In this document: positions 8,631 through 18,897 of the stretch, in pieces
How the letters are laid out: each line of letters opens with the position of its first letter
How positions within the stretch are numbered: position 1 is the stretch's first letter
Source of the DNA: Escherichia phage NJ01
Direction: 5' to 3' (one strand)
Sequence record: NC_018835.1
DNA length: 64,000 nucleotides
The notes under the pieces: model-generated
Databases searched by the model: none
Told to the model about the DNA's origin: nothing
What the model saw: the letters and a program-made list of their open reading frames with translations, nothing else
Translations under genes and position numbers: made by a program

Positions 8631-10172
8631 ATGTCATTAGATAAACAAATTTATGAAGCTCTAACTGGTAACAACCTTAGTGTGGATGAAAAGAAAGCAC
8701 TATTGAATATGTTGAAAGAGCGTGACCAATGGAGGAAGTATAATAGGATTTTGTCTTTCAAGGCGTATGACTTCCAAAAGAAATTTTATGCAGCAGGATT
8801 GAAGCATCGCTTTAGATTCTTGTGTGCAGCGAACCGTGTTGGTAAATCTTACAGCGAGGCATACGAGTTTGCTTGTCATGTCACAGGTCGATACCCAACT
8901 TGGTGGACAGGATATAAATTTAAAAGACCTATCTTAGCATGGGCAGTTGGTATTACAGGGGATTCCACAAGGAAAGTATTGCAAAAGGAATTGTTTGGTA
9001 CACCTATCGGAAAGGATACAAATTTATTAGGGACAGGTGTCATTCCTCGTGATGCTATCGTCATTGATACGATAGAACGAGATGGTAACAAACTTCAAAT
9101 CGTACAAATCAAACATCAAAATGAGAGAGGAGAGTTTGACGGTTTAAGTACATTAGAATTCCGTTCAACCCAACAGGGTGAACACACATTGATGGGTGCA
9201 ACAGTTGACTACATTTGGTTAGACGAAGAAGATCCATACGAGTCTATGGCTATATTCGCACAGTGCGTCACACGTACACTCACAACTAAAGGTCTAGTTA
9301 CAATTACAGCTACACCAGAGAACGGTTTAACTGAACTGGTAGATAAATTTATGAAAGGCGAAGGGGATGAGAGCACAGGTTCTCTCTATTTCCAGAACGC
9401 TTCTTGGTGGGATGCTCATGCAGACCTAGGTGGGCATATCACTGACCAAGATATAAAAGATATGACTGAAGGTATTCCAGCGTGGCAATTAGAGATGCGT
9501 TCAAAAGGTATGCCATTGTTAGGAAGTGGTTTGATATATGATGTATCGGATGACACAATTAAATGTGAACCATTCGAAATTCCTGATACGTGGAAACGTG
9601 TCTGTGCAATTGATATTGGTATTGATCACCCAACTGCTGCTGTTTGGACAGCTTACGACGCAAACACGGATACTATCTATGTTTACGACTCATATAAAGA
9701 AGGTGGCTTTACTCCAGTGTATCATGCTCCAGCTATTAATGGTCGTGGTCAGTGGATTCCTGTCATCCTACCGCATGATGCGGACAATACTGAGAAAGGT
9801 AGTGGTTCATCTGTTGCTCAATTCTATAAGAATGCAGGAGTTAACGTACAGAGTGAGACCTTCTACAACAAAATTGGAATGGATGGTAAAAAGAACTTCT
9901 TTGTAGAACCGGGAATCACAGATATCCGAGAAAGAATGATGAGTGGACGCTTTAAAGTCTTTAACACAGCCGCTAACGCTAAGCTATTCGAAGAGAAAGC
10001 TAGATATCACCGTAAGGTTGGTAAGATTATTAAAGAACATGATGACTTAATGGATGCAATGCGCTATTCAGCGTGTTCTGTTACACATCGTGGTCGCTCT
10101 AAGCATGATGTTAGCTACGGAAGTGCTTCTTTGTATGAGGCAAACGTAAGCAGATGGAATCAGAGCTACTAA
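8631..10172 (+). CDS. terminase large subunit
   Basis: Walker A-like CAANRVGKS, acidic WLDEED motif, size and position upstream of portal. Confidence 0.75.
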   Translation: MSLDKQIYEALTGNNLSVDEKKALLNMLKERDQWRKYNRILSFKAYDFQKKFYAAGLKHRFRFLCAANRVGKSYSEAYEFACHVTGRYPTWWTGYKFKRPILAWAVGITGDSTRKVLQKELFGTPIGKDTNLLGTGVIPRDAIVIDTIERDGNKLQIVQIKHQNERGEFDGLSTLEFRSTQQGEHTLMGATVDYIWLDEEDPYESMAIFAQCVTRTLTTKGLVTITATPENGLTELVDKFMKGEGDESTGSLYFQNASWWDAHADLGGHITDQDIKDMTEGIPAWQLEMRSKGMPLLGSGLIYDVSDDTIKCEPFEIPDTWKRVCAIDIGIDHPTAAVWTAYDANTDTIYVYDSYKEGGFTPVYHAPAINGRGQWIPVILPHDADNTEKGSGSSVAQFYKNAGVNVQSETFYNKIGMDGKKNFFVEPGITDIRERMMSGRFKVFNTAANAKLFEEKARYHRKVGKIIKEHDDLMDAMRYSACSVTHRGRSKHDVSYGSASLYEANVSRWNQSY

Positions 10173-10177
10173 AGTAA

Positions 10178-10206
10178 GGGGAGGTTTGTCCTCCCTTCTT
10201 TTATTT
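10178..10206 (+). terminator. terminator-like hairpin
   Basis: GGGAGG-TTTGT-CCTCCC followed by TTCTTTTATTT. Confidence 0.45.
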
Positions 10207-10232
10207 AAGCTATCAACCGAGGGAGAGAATAG

Positions 10233-12476
10233 ATGGCTAAGCAAAAATATAGTGAAGAGGTGTTGGACGAGTTACGTGTTGACCTTCAACGTCGTTTTAA
10301 TTACGCTCAAGGCTACGTAGACACAGCTGTTAAGGGCTATGCTCGTGAAGCTTGGGAATATTTCTATGGTAACTTACCTGCACCAGTAACTGCTGGCAGC
10401 TCTAGTTGGGTAGATCGTACTGTTTGGGAATCTGTTAACGGTACACTGCAAGATATTATTAACGTATTCTGTTCTGGTGATGAAGCAGTTACTTTTGTAG
10501 CTGACAACCAACAGGACTCTGATGCTGCTGATGTAGCAACTAAATTAGTTAACCAAATTCTTCTGCGTGATAATCCGGGATACAATATTATCTCCTCTGC
10601 TGCACAAGAATGTCTGGTTACTCGTAACTCTTTTATCAAATACTATTGGGATGAGCACACTTCTACTCAAACTGAAGAAGCTGAAGGTGTACCACCGGAA
10701 GCATTGGCTGCATATGTTCAGGGATTAGAAGCTGGTGGACTCAAGAATCTGGAAATCTTCACTGAAGAAAACGAAGATGGTACAGTTGATGTTAAAGTTA
10801 CTTACGAACAAACTGTTAAACGTGTGAAAGTTGAATATGTTCCTTCAGAGCAAATCTTTGTTGATGAACATGCTACCTCTTTTGCAGATGCACAATACTT
10901 CTGTCATCGTGTACGTCGTTCTAAAGAAGATCTGGTTGCTATGGGCTTCCCTAAAGATGAGATTGAAGCATTCAACGACTGGACAGACACGATGGATACC
11001 ACTCAATCTACAGTTGCTTGGTCTCGTACTGACTGGCGTCAGGACATTGATGCTGACATTGGTACAGATACTGAAGATATCGCTACTATGGTTTGGGTTT
11101 ATGAGCACTACATCCGTACTGGTGTTCTAGATAAGAATAAAGAATCTAAACTCTATCAGGTTATTCAAGCTGGTGAGCATATCCTTCACACTGAAGAAGT
11201 AACTCACATTCCGTTTGTAACCTTCTGTCCGTATCCGATTCCGGGTTCCTTCTACGGTCAATCAGTCTATGACATTACGAAAGATATTCAGGATTTACGT
11301 ACCGCGTTAGTTCGTGGTTATATTGATAACGTCAACAATGCTAACTATGGTCGATACAAAGCTCTTGTTGGTGCATACGATCGTCGCTCTCTGCTTGATA
11401 ACCGTCCCGGTGGAGTGGTTGAAATGGAACGTCAGGACGCTATTGATCTGTTCCCATACCATAACCTACCTCAAGGTATTGACGGCCTCCTAGGCATGTC
11501 TGAGGAGCTTAAAGAGACACGTACCGGTGTAACTAAACTTGGCATGGGTATCAACCCTGATGTGTTTAAGAATGATAACGCTTATGCAACCGTAGGATTG
11601 ATGATGAATGCTGCACAGAACCGTCTCCGTATGGTATGTCGTAACATTGCTCACAATGGTATGGTTGAATTGATGCGTGGTATTTACAGCCTTATCAGAG
11701 AAAACGGTGAAGTTCCTATTGAGGTACAAACCCCTCGTGGTATGGTTCAGGTTAACCCGAAACAATTACCAGCTCGTCATAATCTTCAAGTTGTTGTAGC
11801 CATCTCTCCTAATGAGAAAGCAGAACGTGCACAGAAACTGATTAGCTTGAAACAGCTGATTGCAGCAGATGCACAGTTAGCACCTCTCTTCGGTTTGGAG
11901 CAAGACCGTTACATGACTGCACAGATCTTTGAGTTGATGGGTATTAAGGACACTCATAAATACTTACTGCCTCTGGAACAGTATCAGCCTCCTGAGCCGT
12001 CTCCGATGGAAATCCTCCAGCTTGAGATGACTAAAGCACAGGTTGAGAACGTACAGGCTTCTTCTCAGAAGATGATTGCTGATGCATTCGACCAGCGTGA
12101 ACGTACTACATTCGAACAGCAGAAAGCTGCGGATGAATTAAGTCTGCGTCAGGAAGAGTTGCAGTTCAAGCAAGAAAATGCAGCAGATGCTATGACTCTG
12201 GAAAACCGTAAAGAAGATAACAATGCAACTCTGGAACAAGCTAAGCACAAGTTAGCTCTTATGCAACAGCAGGTCCGTCAGTATGAGTCTGTACTGAAAG
12301 AATTGCAGATGGTTATGGAACATCAGGTTGACCAAGAGAAGATTGTTCAGCAAACTCGTGTTCAGGATAAAACTTTGGAACTCCAGAAGAAAGAAGCAAA
12401 TGTAACTAAGAAAGAGCAACAAGCTTCTCTCAAAGATTCACGGATTCCAGGCAAACGTCTTGGAAGTAAAAAGTAA
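10233..12476 (+). CDS. portal protein (747 aa) with coiled-coil C-terminal extension
   Basis: Size and position between terminase and scaffold/capsid. Confidence 0.65.
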   Translation: MAKQKYSEEVLDELRVDLQRRFNYAQGYVDTAVKGYAREAWEYFYGNLPAPVTAGSSSWVDRTVWESVNGTLQDIINVFCSGDEAVTFVADNQQDSDAADVATKLVNQILLRDNPGYNIISSAAQECLVTRNSFIKYYWDEHTSTQTEEAEGVPPEALAAYVQGLEAGGLKNLEIFTEENEDGTVDVKVTYEQTVKRVKVEYVPSEQIFVDEHATSFADAQYFCHRVRRSKEDLVAMGFPKDEIEAFNDWTDTMDTTQSTVAWSRTDWRQDIDADIGTDTEDIATMVWVYEHYIRTGVLDKNKESKLYQVIQAGEHILHTEEVTHIPFVTFCPYPIPGSFYGQSVYDITKDIQDLRTALVRGYIDNVNNANYGRYKALVGAYDRRSLLDNRPGGVVEMERQDAIDLFPYHNLPQGIDGLLGMSEELKETRTGVTKLGMGINPDVFKNDNAYATVGLMMNAAQNRLRMVCRNIAHNGMVELMRGIYSLIRENGEVPIEVQTPRGMVQVNPKQLPARHNLQVVVAISPNEKAERAQKLISLKQLIAADAQLAPLFGLEQDRYMTAQIFELMGIKDTHKYLLPLEQYQPPEPSPMEILQLEMTKAQVENVQASSQKMIADAFDQRERTTFEQQKAADELSLRQEELQFKQENAADAMTLENRKEDNNATLEQAKHKLALMQQQVRQYESVLKELQMVMEHQVDQEKIVQQTRVQDKTLELQKKEANVTKKEQQASLKDSRIPGKRLGSKK

Positions 12477-12485
12477 GGACGTCGA

Positions 12486-12722
12486 ATGAACATTAGGCAT
12501 CAATTCAATAAAGAGCACGCCGCCGCTTTGGCGGCTCTCAATCTTAACGGCAGTCTTGACGCAGCATTAGAGGCATTGAAAGAAAGACTCATGACAGAGA
12601 TAGTTCAAACTGAACCTCATGAGAATAAGAAACGCGAAGATTGTTATCAAAAGTATAAAATGGTGGGTAGCTTAAAAGAGGTCATAAAAGCTGCTATCAA
12701 TAGTGCAGGAGATGTTTCATAA
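12486..12722 (+). CDS. hypothetical protein (78 aa)
   Basis: ORF track. Confidence 0.4.
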   Translation: MNIRHQFNKEHAAALAALNLNGSLDAALEALKERLMTEIVQTEPHENKKREDCYQKYKMVGSLKEVIKAAINSAGDVS

Positions 12723-13807
12723 TGCCACAAGATAATTATATTGACCCGAACGATTTTAAATCTTTCCTCCAACTGGATGACCTGAAAGGCTCTTTTAAAG
12801 AAGAGCTTGGTCGATTAGAATCTGAACAAGAACCAGAAGTGGACATTGACGACGAGTTCCCGGAAGATACCGGTGACAACTTCGACTTTGATACCGACCT
12901 TCTCGGTGAAAGCGATGAGCTTAAGTTCGAAGATGAAGATGGTTGGGAAGATCATGATGAGGAAGGCGAAGTCGAAGAAGATGGGGATGACTCTGACGAA
13001 GGTGATGAAAACACTGAAGCAGAAGAGGAAGACTCAAGCGATGCAGGATATGAAGATGATTCTGCTGACGGTGATGGTGAAGTCTTTGATGTAGACTACG
13101 AAACCGTTATCACCCTTCCTGATGGACGTGAGATGACTATTGAAGAACTCTCCAATGGCTATCTTACTGGTGCTGACATGACTGAACGAGAATCAACTCT
13201 TCAGCGTCACATGGAAGCATTTGAGGAACGTGTAGTAGGTTTGAAGGATGTATTAGAATTAGCGTCTTTAGAAGCAGACCGAGTAATTGAAGATTACAAC
13301 GGATTTGATTGGGACAAGCTTGCAGTAGAAGATCCTCAAGCATATGTTGAAAACAAACGTTTCCTAGAGAAGTACACAGCTCGTCGTAACCAGCTTGAAC
13401 AGGCTCAGATGCGTGTTAAGCAGGAAGCAGCAGCTAAAGAACAGGAAGCTTTCCAAGCCAAAAGTGTTGAGTGCGTTAATATTCTGAAACGTGAGATTCC
13501 AAATTGGGATGAAAACTTATATCAAAACTTAATGCAATATGCAATTGACTTAGGTGCTACTGAAGAAGAAGTATTGAAGGAAAACCGTCCGTCTATTTTC
13601 CTAGCTCTCCATAAAGCATACCAATTTGATAAAGGTAAGCAGCAGGTGATGGCTAAGATTAAACGTCCCGGTGCTCCACGCAAGGTTGTGAAGTCTGATG
13701 CTGCAAAGTCTCGTACTTCCAATAAGCCAGACAACGCTAAGGTTGCCAAGGCATTCGCAGAGGGTCGCGTTAGTCACGAAGACGCATTCAAATTCCTCGT
13801 AGATTAA
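12722..13807 (+). CDS. scaffolding protein
   Basis: Highly acidic N-terminal half (D/E runs), coiled-coil, position before capsid. Confidence 0.55.
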   Translation: MPQDNYIDPNDFKSFLQLDDLKGSFKEELGRLESEQEPEVDIDDEFPEDTGDNFDFDTDLLGESDELKFEDEDGWEDHDEEGEVEEDGDDSDEGDENTEAEEEDSSDAGYEDDSADGDGEVFDVDYETVITLPDGREMTIEELSNGYLTGADMTERESTLQRHMEAFEERVVGLKDVLELASLEADRVIEDYNGFDWDKLAVEDPQAYVENKRFLEKYTARRNQLEQAQMRVKQEAAAKEQEAFQAKSVECVNILKREIPNWDENLYQNLMQYAIDLGATEEEVLKENRPSIFLALHKAYQFDKGKQQVMAKIKRPGAPRKVVKSDAAKSRTSNKPDNAKVAKAFAEGRVSHEDAFKFLVD

Positions 13808-13848
13808 TCGACAAATTAATTATTTAATAGTATAGGAGCTAACATAAC

Positions 13849-14910
13849 ATGGCTAATCCAACTTTATTTGTATCGTATGACCAGAATGGTAAAAAACTTT
13901 CTTTTGCTAACTGGATTTCTGTTCTGTCCCCTCAGGATACTCCGTTCGTATCTATGACCGGTAAAGAGTCTATCAACCAGACTATCTTTAGCTGGCAGAC
14001 CGATGCACTGGCAAGCGTTGATGGTAATAACGCACACGTCGAAGGTTCTCGTGCTGAAGACGGCGAAATGAAACCGACTGTTATCAAGTCTAACGTTACT
14101 CAGATTCTGCGTAAGGTTGTTCGTGTTTCTGACACTGCTAACACCACCGCTAACTACGGTCGTGGTCGTGAACTGATGTATCAGCTGGAGAAGAAAGGTA
14201 AAGAGATCAAGCGTGACCTCGAGAAAATCCTTCTGTCCGGTCAGGCTCGTACCGACGTTCTGGCTGACCAGTATCTGACTAACTCCGCAGCTGATCCGAC
14301 TCAGATTGGTAAGAACGACACCCATGCAGCTCGTAAGACTGGTGCATTCCAGTTCCTGTGTGCTCACGGCGGTCTGACTGGTGGCGTTGTTGACAAAACC
14401 AAGAATGGTCCTGCTGACCCAGATACCGGTGCTGTAACTGTTAAAGTTGCACAGAACGCTTCTAACCCGGCTACTAACATCGGTTTTGATGAAGCAGATA
14501 TCTTTGATATGACTCTGCAACTTTACACCGCTGGTTCTGAAGCAGATATCATCATGATTAACCCGGCTCATGCTAAGATCTTCGCTGGTCTGCAAGAAAA
14601 CACTCAGGGTTCACGTAAGCGTATCTTTGAGAACACCAAGCAGTTCATCTACGAAGTTAACAGCATCACTGACCCGCTGGGCCAGAGCTACAAAATCATC
14701 GTTAACCGTTGGATGCCTACCGATGCAGTTTACTTCTTCCGTAGCGCTGACTGGACCCAGATGGTTCTGCGTGCTCCGAAACGTACCGAACTGGCAAAAG
14801 ATGGTTCTTACGAAAAATGGATGATTGAGATGGAAGTTGGTCTGCGTCACCGCAACCCGTATGCTTCCGGTGTTCTGTTCACTGCTGCGGGAAAGGCAGT
14901 GGCGGCGTAA
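13849..14910 (+). CDS. major capsid protein (353 aa)
   Basis: Position after scaffold, size; slippery site and out-of-frame Ig-like extension at 3' end. Confidence 0.7.
   Translation: MANPTLFVSYDQNGKKLSFANWISVLSPQDTPFVSMTGKESINQTIFSWQTDALASVDGNNAHVEGSRAEDGEMKPTVIKSNVTQILRKVVRVSDTANTTANYGRGRELMYQLEKKGKEIKRDLEKILLSGQARTDVLADQYLTNSAADPTQIGKNDTHAARKTGAFQFLCAHGGLTGGVVDKTKNGPADPDTGAVTVKVAQNASNPATNIGFDEADIFDMTLQLYTAGSEADIIMINPAHAKIFAGLQENTQGSRKRIFENTKQFIYEVNSITDPLGQSYKIIVNRWMPTDAVYFFRSADWTQMVLRAPKRTELAKDGSYEKWMIEMEVGLRHRNPYASGVLFTAAGKAVAA
14889..14895 (+). promoter_or_regulatory. candidate -1 programmed ribosomal frameshift slippery heptamer G_GGA_AAG
   Basis: GGGAAAG in X_XXY_YYZ register of capsid frame, 13 nt before capsid stop; -1 frame open to 15437. 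Confidence 0.55.
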
Positions 14911-15437
14911 CAGTAGATACCATAACTGTTAGTCCTTCGTCGGTTGCAAGCCTTCCGACGGGGGCTACTCAGCAGTTTACAGCTACAGCACAAATGAGTG
15001 ATAGCTCCACATCAACAACTGGATTTGTTTGGTCCGTTGAGGGTGGTGGGGCTATTTCTGTTTCTGGACTGTACACTGCACCGAGTGCGTCGCAAGAAAC
15101 CCCGATCACAGTGAAAGCTACTAAAGGTGGTAAATCCGGTACATCTACAATCTCAGCTATTGCTGACCCTGAACCTACAATTGTAAGTCGTGGTCCTATT
15201 GCTGGTAAAGTCGGTGGTTCTACTACTGCCTTCTCTACAATGTTTACTGTAACCAATTCTGCTGGTAGTGATTATGATTTTGTTGTAACCCCTACTGAAG
15301 CAGGTACTGTCAGTGCAGCTGGTCTTTTGACTCTTGCTGATGCTGCTACTGGTACAGTCTCTGTTGCAGCTACACACAAGACTAAACCTCTTGTAACAGC
15401 CACTTGTGAATTCACAGGTGTTACCCCCAAAGCCTAA
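14895..15437 (+). CDS. capsid C-terminal extension with two Ig-like (BIG2-type) domains, reached by -1 frameshift
   Basis: -1 frame reads GSGGVTVDTITVSPSSVASLPTGATQQFTATAQ... through ORF 14994..15437; Thr/Ser/Val-rich beta-sandwich-like sequence. Confidence 0.55.
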   Translation, partial: GSGGVTVDTITVSPSSVASLPTGATQQFTATAQMSDSSTSTTGFVWSVEGGGAISVSGLYTAPSASQETPITVKATKGGKSGTSTISAIADPEPTIVSRGPIAGKVGGSTTAFSTMFTVTNSAGSDYDFVVTPTEAGTVSAAGLLTLADAATGTVSVAATHKTKPLVTATCEFTGVTPKA

Positions 15438-15442
15438 AACTA

Positions 15443-15470
15443 AAGCTGCCTTCGGGTGGCTTTTCTTGTT
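15443..15470 (+). terminator. terminator hairpin with UUCG tetraloop
   Basis: AAGCTGCC-TTCG-GGTGGCTT followed by TTCTTGTTTT. Confidence 0.45.
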
Positions 15471-15494
15471 TTAAGACCTATACAAGCTAGTGTG

Positions 15495-15503
15495 TAATGT
15501 ATA
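15495..15503 (+). promoter_or_regulatory. TAATGTATA promoter-like element
   Basis: Exact TAATGTATA 33 nt upstream of ATG at 15537, RBS AAGGAGGA between. Confidence 0.45.
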
Positions 15504-15536
15504 TTCTTTGTCTACATATAACAAGGAGGACAACCT

Positions 15537-16289
15537 ATGGCGATGCCAGAAGTGCAAAACCCGATTAACACGTATGGCTGGCTTAAGAAAGCTGTTGCCT
15601 TGTGGGCCGATCGAGACGATGATGAATTTGTTAATCAAATTCCAAACTTTATTAACTTTGCAGAGAAAGAGATTTATCGTAACTTACGTATCCCTCCTCT
15701 GGAAAAAGAAGTGTATTTAGATATTAAAGATGGAGTAGCTTACATTCCTCCTGATTACTTAGAAGCTCAATGGATGATGAGAGCCAAAGATGGTACAATC
15801 TTCCAAGTAACATCTCCTGAAGAGATTAGCTATCGTAGACAGCATGGAACAATTAACCCATCTCATTGGAATAACCAACCTGTTAACTTTGCTCGTTTCG
15901 GTAGTCGTTTCATTTTCTACCCTAGTATTGAAGCAGATACTCCTGTTTATCCTGATGATGGAAGTCCTTTGATTCCAGCAGAAAACTCAGTAATTCTCAG
16001 TTATTATGCAGACCCACCGGAATTCCATGAAGATGCAGATACCAGTGCTATTCTTACTATTGCACCAGAACTTCTTCTGTATTTCACTCTACGTCACGCT
16101 TGCTTATTTGTTCAAGATGATAATGGAGTTCAGAAATGGTCTGCATTAGGAAAAGCTATCCTTGATGAAATGGTAGAACAGAATAAGAAACAAGAGTACT
16201 CAGGTTCACCTATCGCAATTCCGAATAACATGACTCGACTTCAGAGCAGCTTGCCTGACATTTATGGTATTCGTACTTCTCGTGTATAA
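15537..16289 (+). CDS. virion structural protein (250 aa), possible head-tail adaptor
   Basis: Position after capsid; no motif recognised. Confidence 0.4.
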   Translation: MAMPEVQNPINTYGWLKKAVALWADRDDDEFVNQIPNFINFAEKEIYRNLRIPPLEKEVYLDIKDGVAYIPPDYLEAQWMMRAKDGTIFQVTSPEEISYRRQHGTINPSHWNNQPVNFARFGSRFIFYPSIEADTPVYPDDGSPLIPAENSVILSYYADPPEFHEDADTSAILTIAPELLLYFTLRHACLFVQDDNGVQKWSALGKAILDEMVEQNKKQEYSGSPIAIPNNMTRLQSSLPDIYGIRTSRV

Positions 16290-16298
16290 GGAGATAAT

Positions 16299-18857
16299 AT
16301 GATCGTTTATAATAACCAAGCACCTGATGCAGTGAATAACGTTGGGCAGTTTGGTGCTACTGAAGGCTCTATCGGAGCTTACAAGCAAGCAGCAGAATAC
16401 GCAGCTGACTCCAAATATTGGGCACTGCTAGCGGAATCTAAGTTTGGTACAATTGATGACTTGATCGCTGAAGTAGAACGTCTGTATCAACAAGGTGTTC
16501 TGATGAAGCAGGATATTGAAGATCTTAAACAAGATTTTAAAGATCAAGATGCTCGTCTTATGACCTTGATTGCCCAGACTAACGCAGCTGTTTCTGATGC
16601 GAATAACGCTGTTGCTTTAATCAATCAGAAACTTATTGAAGTCCAGAATCAGCTTGACGTTCTGTTAGGAATGTCCGTTGATGTAACCACACTTCCTCCG
16701 GGAACTCCGGCTACTGGTTCTTTTAATCCTAACACTGGTGTAATCTCTCTAGGTATCCCAGAAGGCGAACCCGGAAAGGATGGTTCTGTTAAGGATTTAG
16801 ACACAGCTCCTACTGGTGTTCCAGAGCTAGGTGATTTAGGTTTCTATGTTGACAAAGATGACAATACCGTCCACAAAACTACTCTAGATAACATTGCTAA
16901 CTTAATCCCATCTGTTCGTTCTGTCTCTATTAACGGCGGTCCAGCTCTTGATGGAGAGGTTGCTCTAATACTTAACAAAGAGACGGTAGGTTTAGGAAAT
17001 GTTCTGAACGTCGCTCAGTACAGTCGTCAAGAGATTAATGACAAATTTGACAAGACTACCAAGACATACCAATCAAAAGCAGAAGCTGATGCTGATGCTC
17101 AGTATCGTCAAGTAGGTGAGAAAGTTTTAGTTTGGGAAGCTACTAAGTATGAATTCTATACTGTTGCTGCTAACAAAACACTGACTCCTGTTAAAACTGA
17201 AGGTAGAATTCTTACCGTTAACTCTCGCTCTCCAGACTCAAGCGGTAATATCGATATCACGATTCCAACAGGTAACCCGTCTTTGTATCTTGGTGAAATG
17301 GTAATGTTCCCTTACGACCCATCTAAGAATATCTCCTACCCAGGAGTTCTTCCTGCTGATGGTCGTCTGGTATCAAAAGAATCTGCTCTCGACTTAGGCC
17401 CATCTCTTGTCAGTGGTCAGCTTCCTGTAGTCTCTGAAACTGAATGGCAAGCAGGGTCTAAACAATATTTCTCATGGGGTAAGCTAGCAGATGGGATTAC
17501 TGATGCGGATTCTACTAATTTCATCAATATTCGACTTCCTGATTGGACTGGAGGGGAGGCAATAAGAGCACCAGATTCTGATAAAGATTCTCAATACAAT
17601 GGGTCTGTACAGGCTCAGAAACCTTATGTTGTCACGGTAAATAACCAAGCTCCTGATGAGATTACAGGGAACGTAACCCTCTCCAGATCTATCTTGGGAG
17701 CAGCTTCTTCTGGTGCAAACTCTGATATAACATCCCTGACAGGACTCACTACAGCTCTCTCTATCGCTCAAGGTGGTACAGGAGGGAAAACTCCATCTGA
17801 AGCTAGGGCAAACCTAAATCTTGAAAGATTTCAACAAGACAACTCGCAGACTTTGATATATTCTCCTGATTATGCCCGTCGTGTTTATGTTGACAACACT
17901 GGTGGTTCTTGGGGGTGCCAGAACGTAACAGATGGCGGTTTTATTGCTCTTGGTATTCCTCAAGGGGGTACAGGGGCTAAGGATGCTGCTGGTGCACGAA
18001 GTAATCTCGGTTTGGGTTCAGTGTCCACACTAAACAATATACCCGTAGCTAATGGAGGTACTGGAGCAACTACTGCTGCTGGTGCTCGTTCCAACTTAGG
18101 TCTTGGGAGTGTTTCTACTCTGGATAATGTACCTATTGCTAATGGTGGGACAGGGGCAGCTGATGCTGCTGGTGCAAGGTTTAATATTGGAGCACTAAGC
18201 AGCACCCCAGCAAATACAGGTGTTGGTGGTACTGGTAATCGCGTCCAACATGCATCCGGGAATGGCCTGTTTACTTTAGACATGTTTAACTGCTACTGGT
18301 ATATGCAGCCAGAGGATACTAACTTCTGGGTTGCCCACAGTGTATCATATGCAGGATCTGGTGGCGAAGCCTCTGGATACGGTCGTATAACTTACGCAAT
18401 AAAGATTGCAGATGGAACAACAAAATATGTCCATTGTCTTACAAACAAAAATACTATTACCGATGTAAGCGGTTTTATCAAAGCGGCATCTCCGGTAGTT
18501 AATATTTACGCCAACGGTCGATATGAGACGAACGATGAATCTGAGGGGGTCAATGTCATTCGGCAAGGTGTCGGTGAGTATTTGATTACCGGTTGCCTCG
18601 GCTTAAACGCAGATGCAAAATGGGGAGGTATCGACGGCGGCTTTGAAATCCCTATTGACCGCAACAAACAGCCTAGGGTTTGGCTTGATTATGAGGTTAA
18701 AGAAGATGGTTCTATTTTAGTCAAGACCTATCACAGAACCCATTCAACATCCCCAGTTTTTGCTAGAAACGAGTTGGAAGGTTTTTCTGACGGTGACCCA
18801 ATCGATATCCCTGCTGATGCTTTCATATCAGTTCGTGTTGAAATGCCTTCTAAATGA
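16299..18857 (+). CDS. tail fiber protein (852 aa) with internal tandem repeats
   Basis: Three tandem GGTGAxxAAGARSNLGLGSVSTLxNxPxANGGTG units; long fibrous Gly/Thr/Ser-rich composition. Confidence 0.6.
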   Translation: MIVYNNQAPDAVNNVGQFGATEGSIGAYKQAAEYAADSKYWALLAESKFGTIDDLIAEVERLYQQGVLMKQDIEDLKQDFKDQDARLMTLIAQTNAAVSDANNAVALINQKLIEVQNQLDVLLGMSVDVTTLPPGTPATGSFNPNTGVISLGIPEGEPGKDGSVKDLDTAPTGVPELGDLGFYVDKDDNTVHKTTLDNIANLIPSVRSVSINGGPALDGEVALILNKETVGLGNVLNVAQYSRQEINDKFDKTTKTYQSKAEADADAQYRQVGEKVLVWEATKYEFYTVAANKTLTPVKTEGRILTVNSRSPDSSGNIDITIPTGNPSLYLGEMVMFPYDPSKNISYPGVLPADGRLVSKESALDLGPSLVSGQLPVVSETEWQAGSKQYFSWGKLADGITDADSTNFINIRLPDWTGGEAIRAPDSDKDSQYNGSVQAQKPYVVTVNNQAPDEITGNVTLSRSILGAASSGANSDITSLTGLTTALSIAQGGTGGKTPSEARANLNLERFQQDNSQTLIYSPDYARRVYVDNTGGSWGCQNVTDGGFIALGIPQGGTGAKDAAGARSNLGLGSVSTLNNIPVANGGTGATTAAGARSNLGLGSVSTLDNVPIANGGTGAADAAGARFNIGALSSTPANTGVGGTGNRVQHASGNGLFTLDMFNCYWYMQPEDTNFWVAHSVSYAGSGGEASGYGRITYAIKIADGTTKYVHCLTNKNTITDVSGFIKAASPVVNIYANGRYETNDESEGVNVIRQGVGEYLITGCLGLNADAKWGGIDGGFEIPIDRNKQPRVWLDYEVKEDGSILVKTYHRTHSTSPVFARNELEGFSDGDPIDIPADAFISVRVEMPSK
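17950..18200 (+). repeat. about 60-nt tandem repeats inside tail fiber gene
   Basis: Three near-identical units encoding ANGGTGAxxAAGARSNLGLGSVSTL. Confidence 0.6.
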
Positions 18858-18866
18858 AACAAGAAT

Positions 18867-18885
18867 GCTCCCTTCGGGGAGCTTT
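18867..18885 (+). terminator. UUCG-tetraloop hairpin (weak terminator or RNA stabiliser)
   Basis: GCTCCC-TTCG-GGGAGC then TTT; RBS follows immediately. Confidence 0.35.
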
Positions 18886-18897
18886 AAGGAGAAATAA

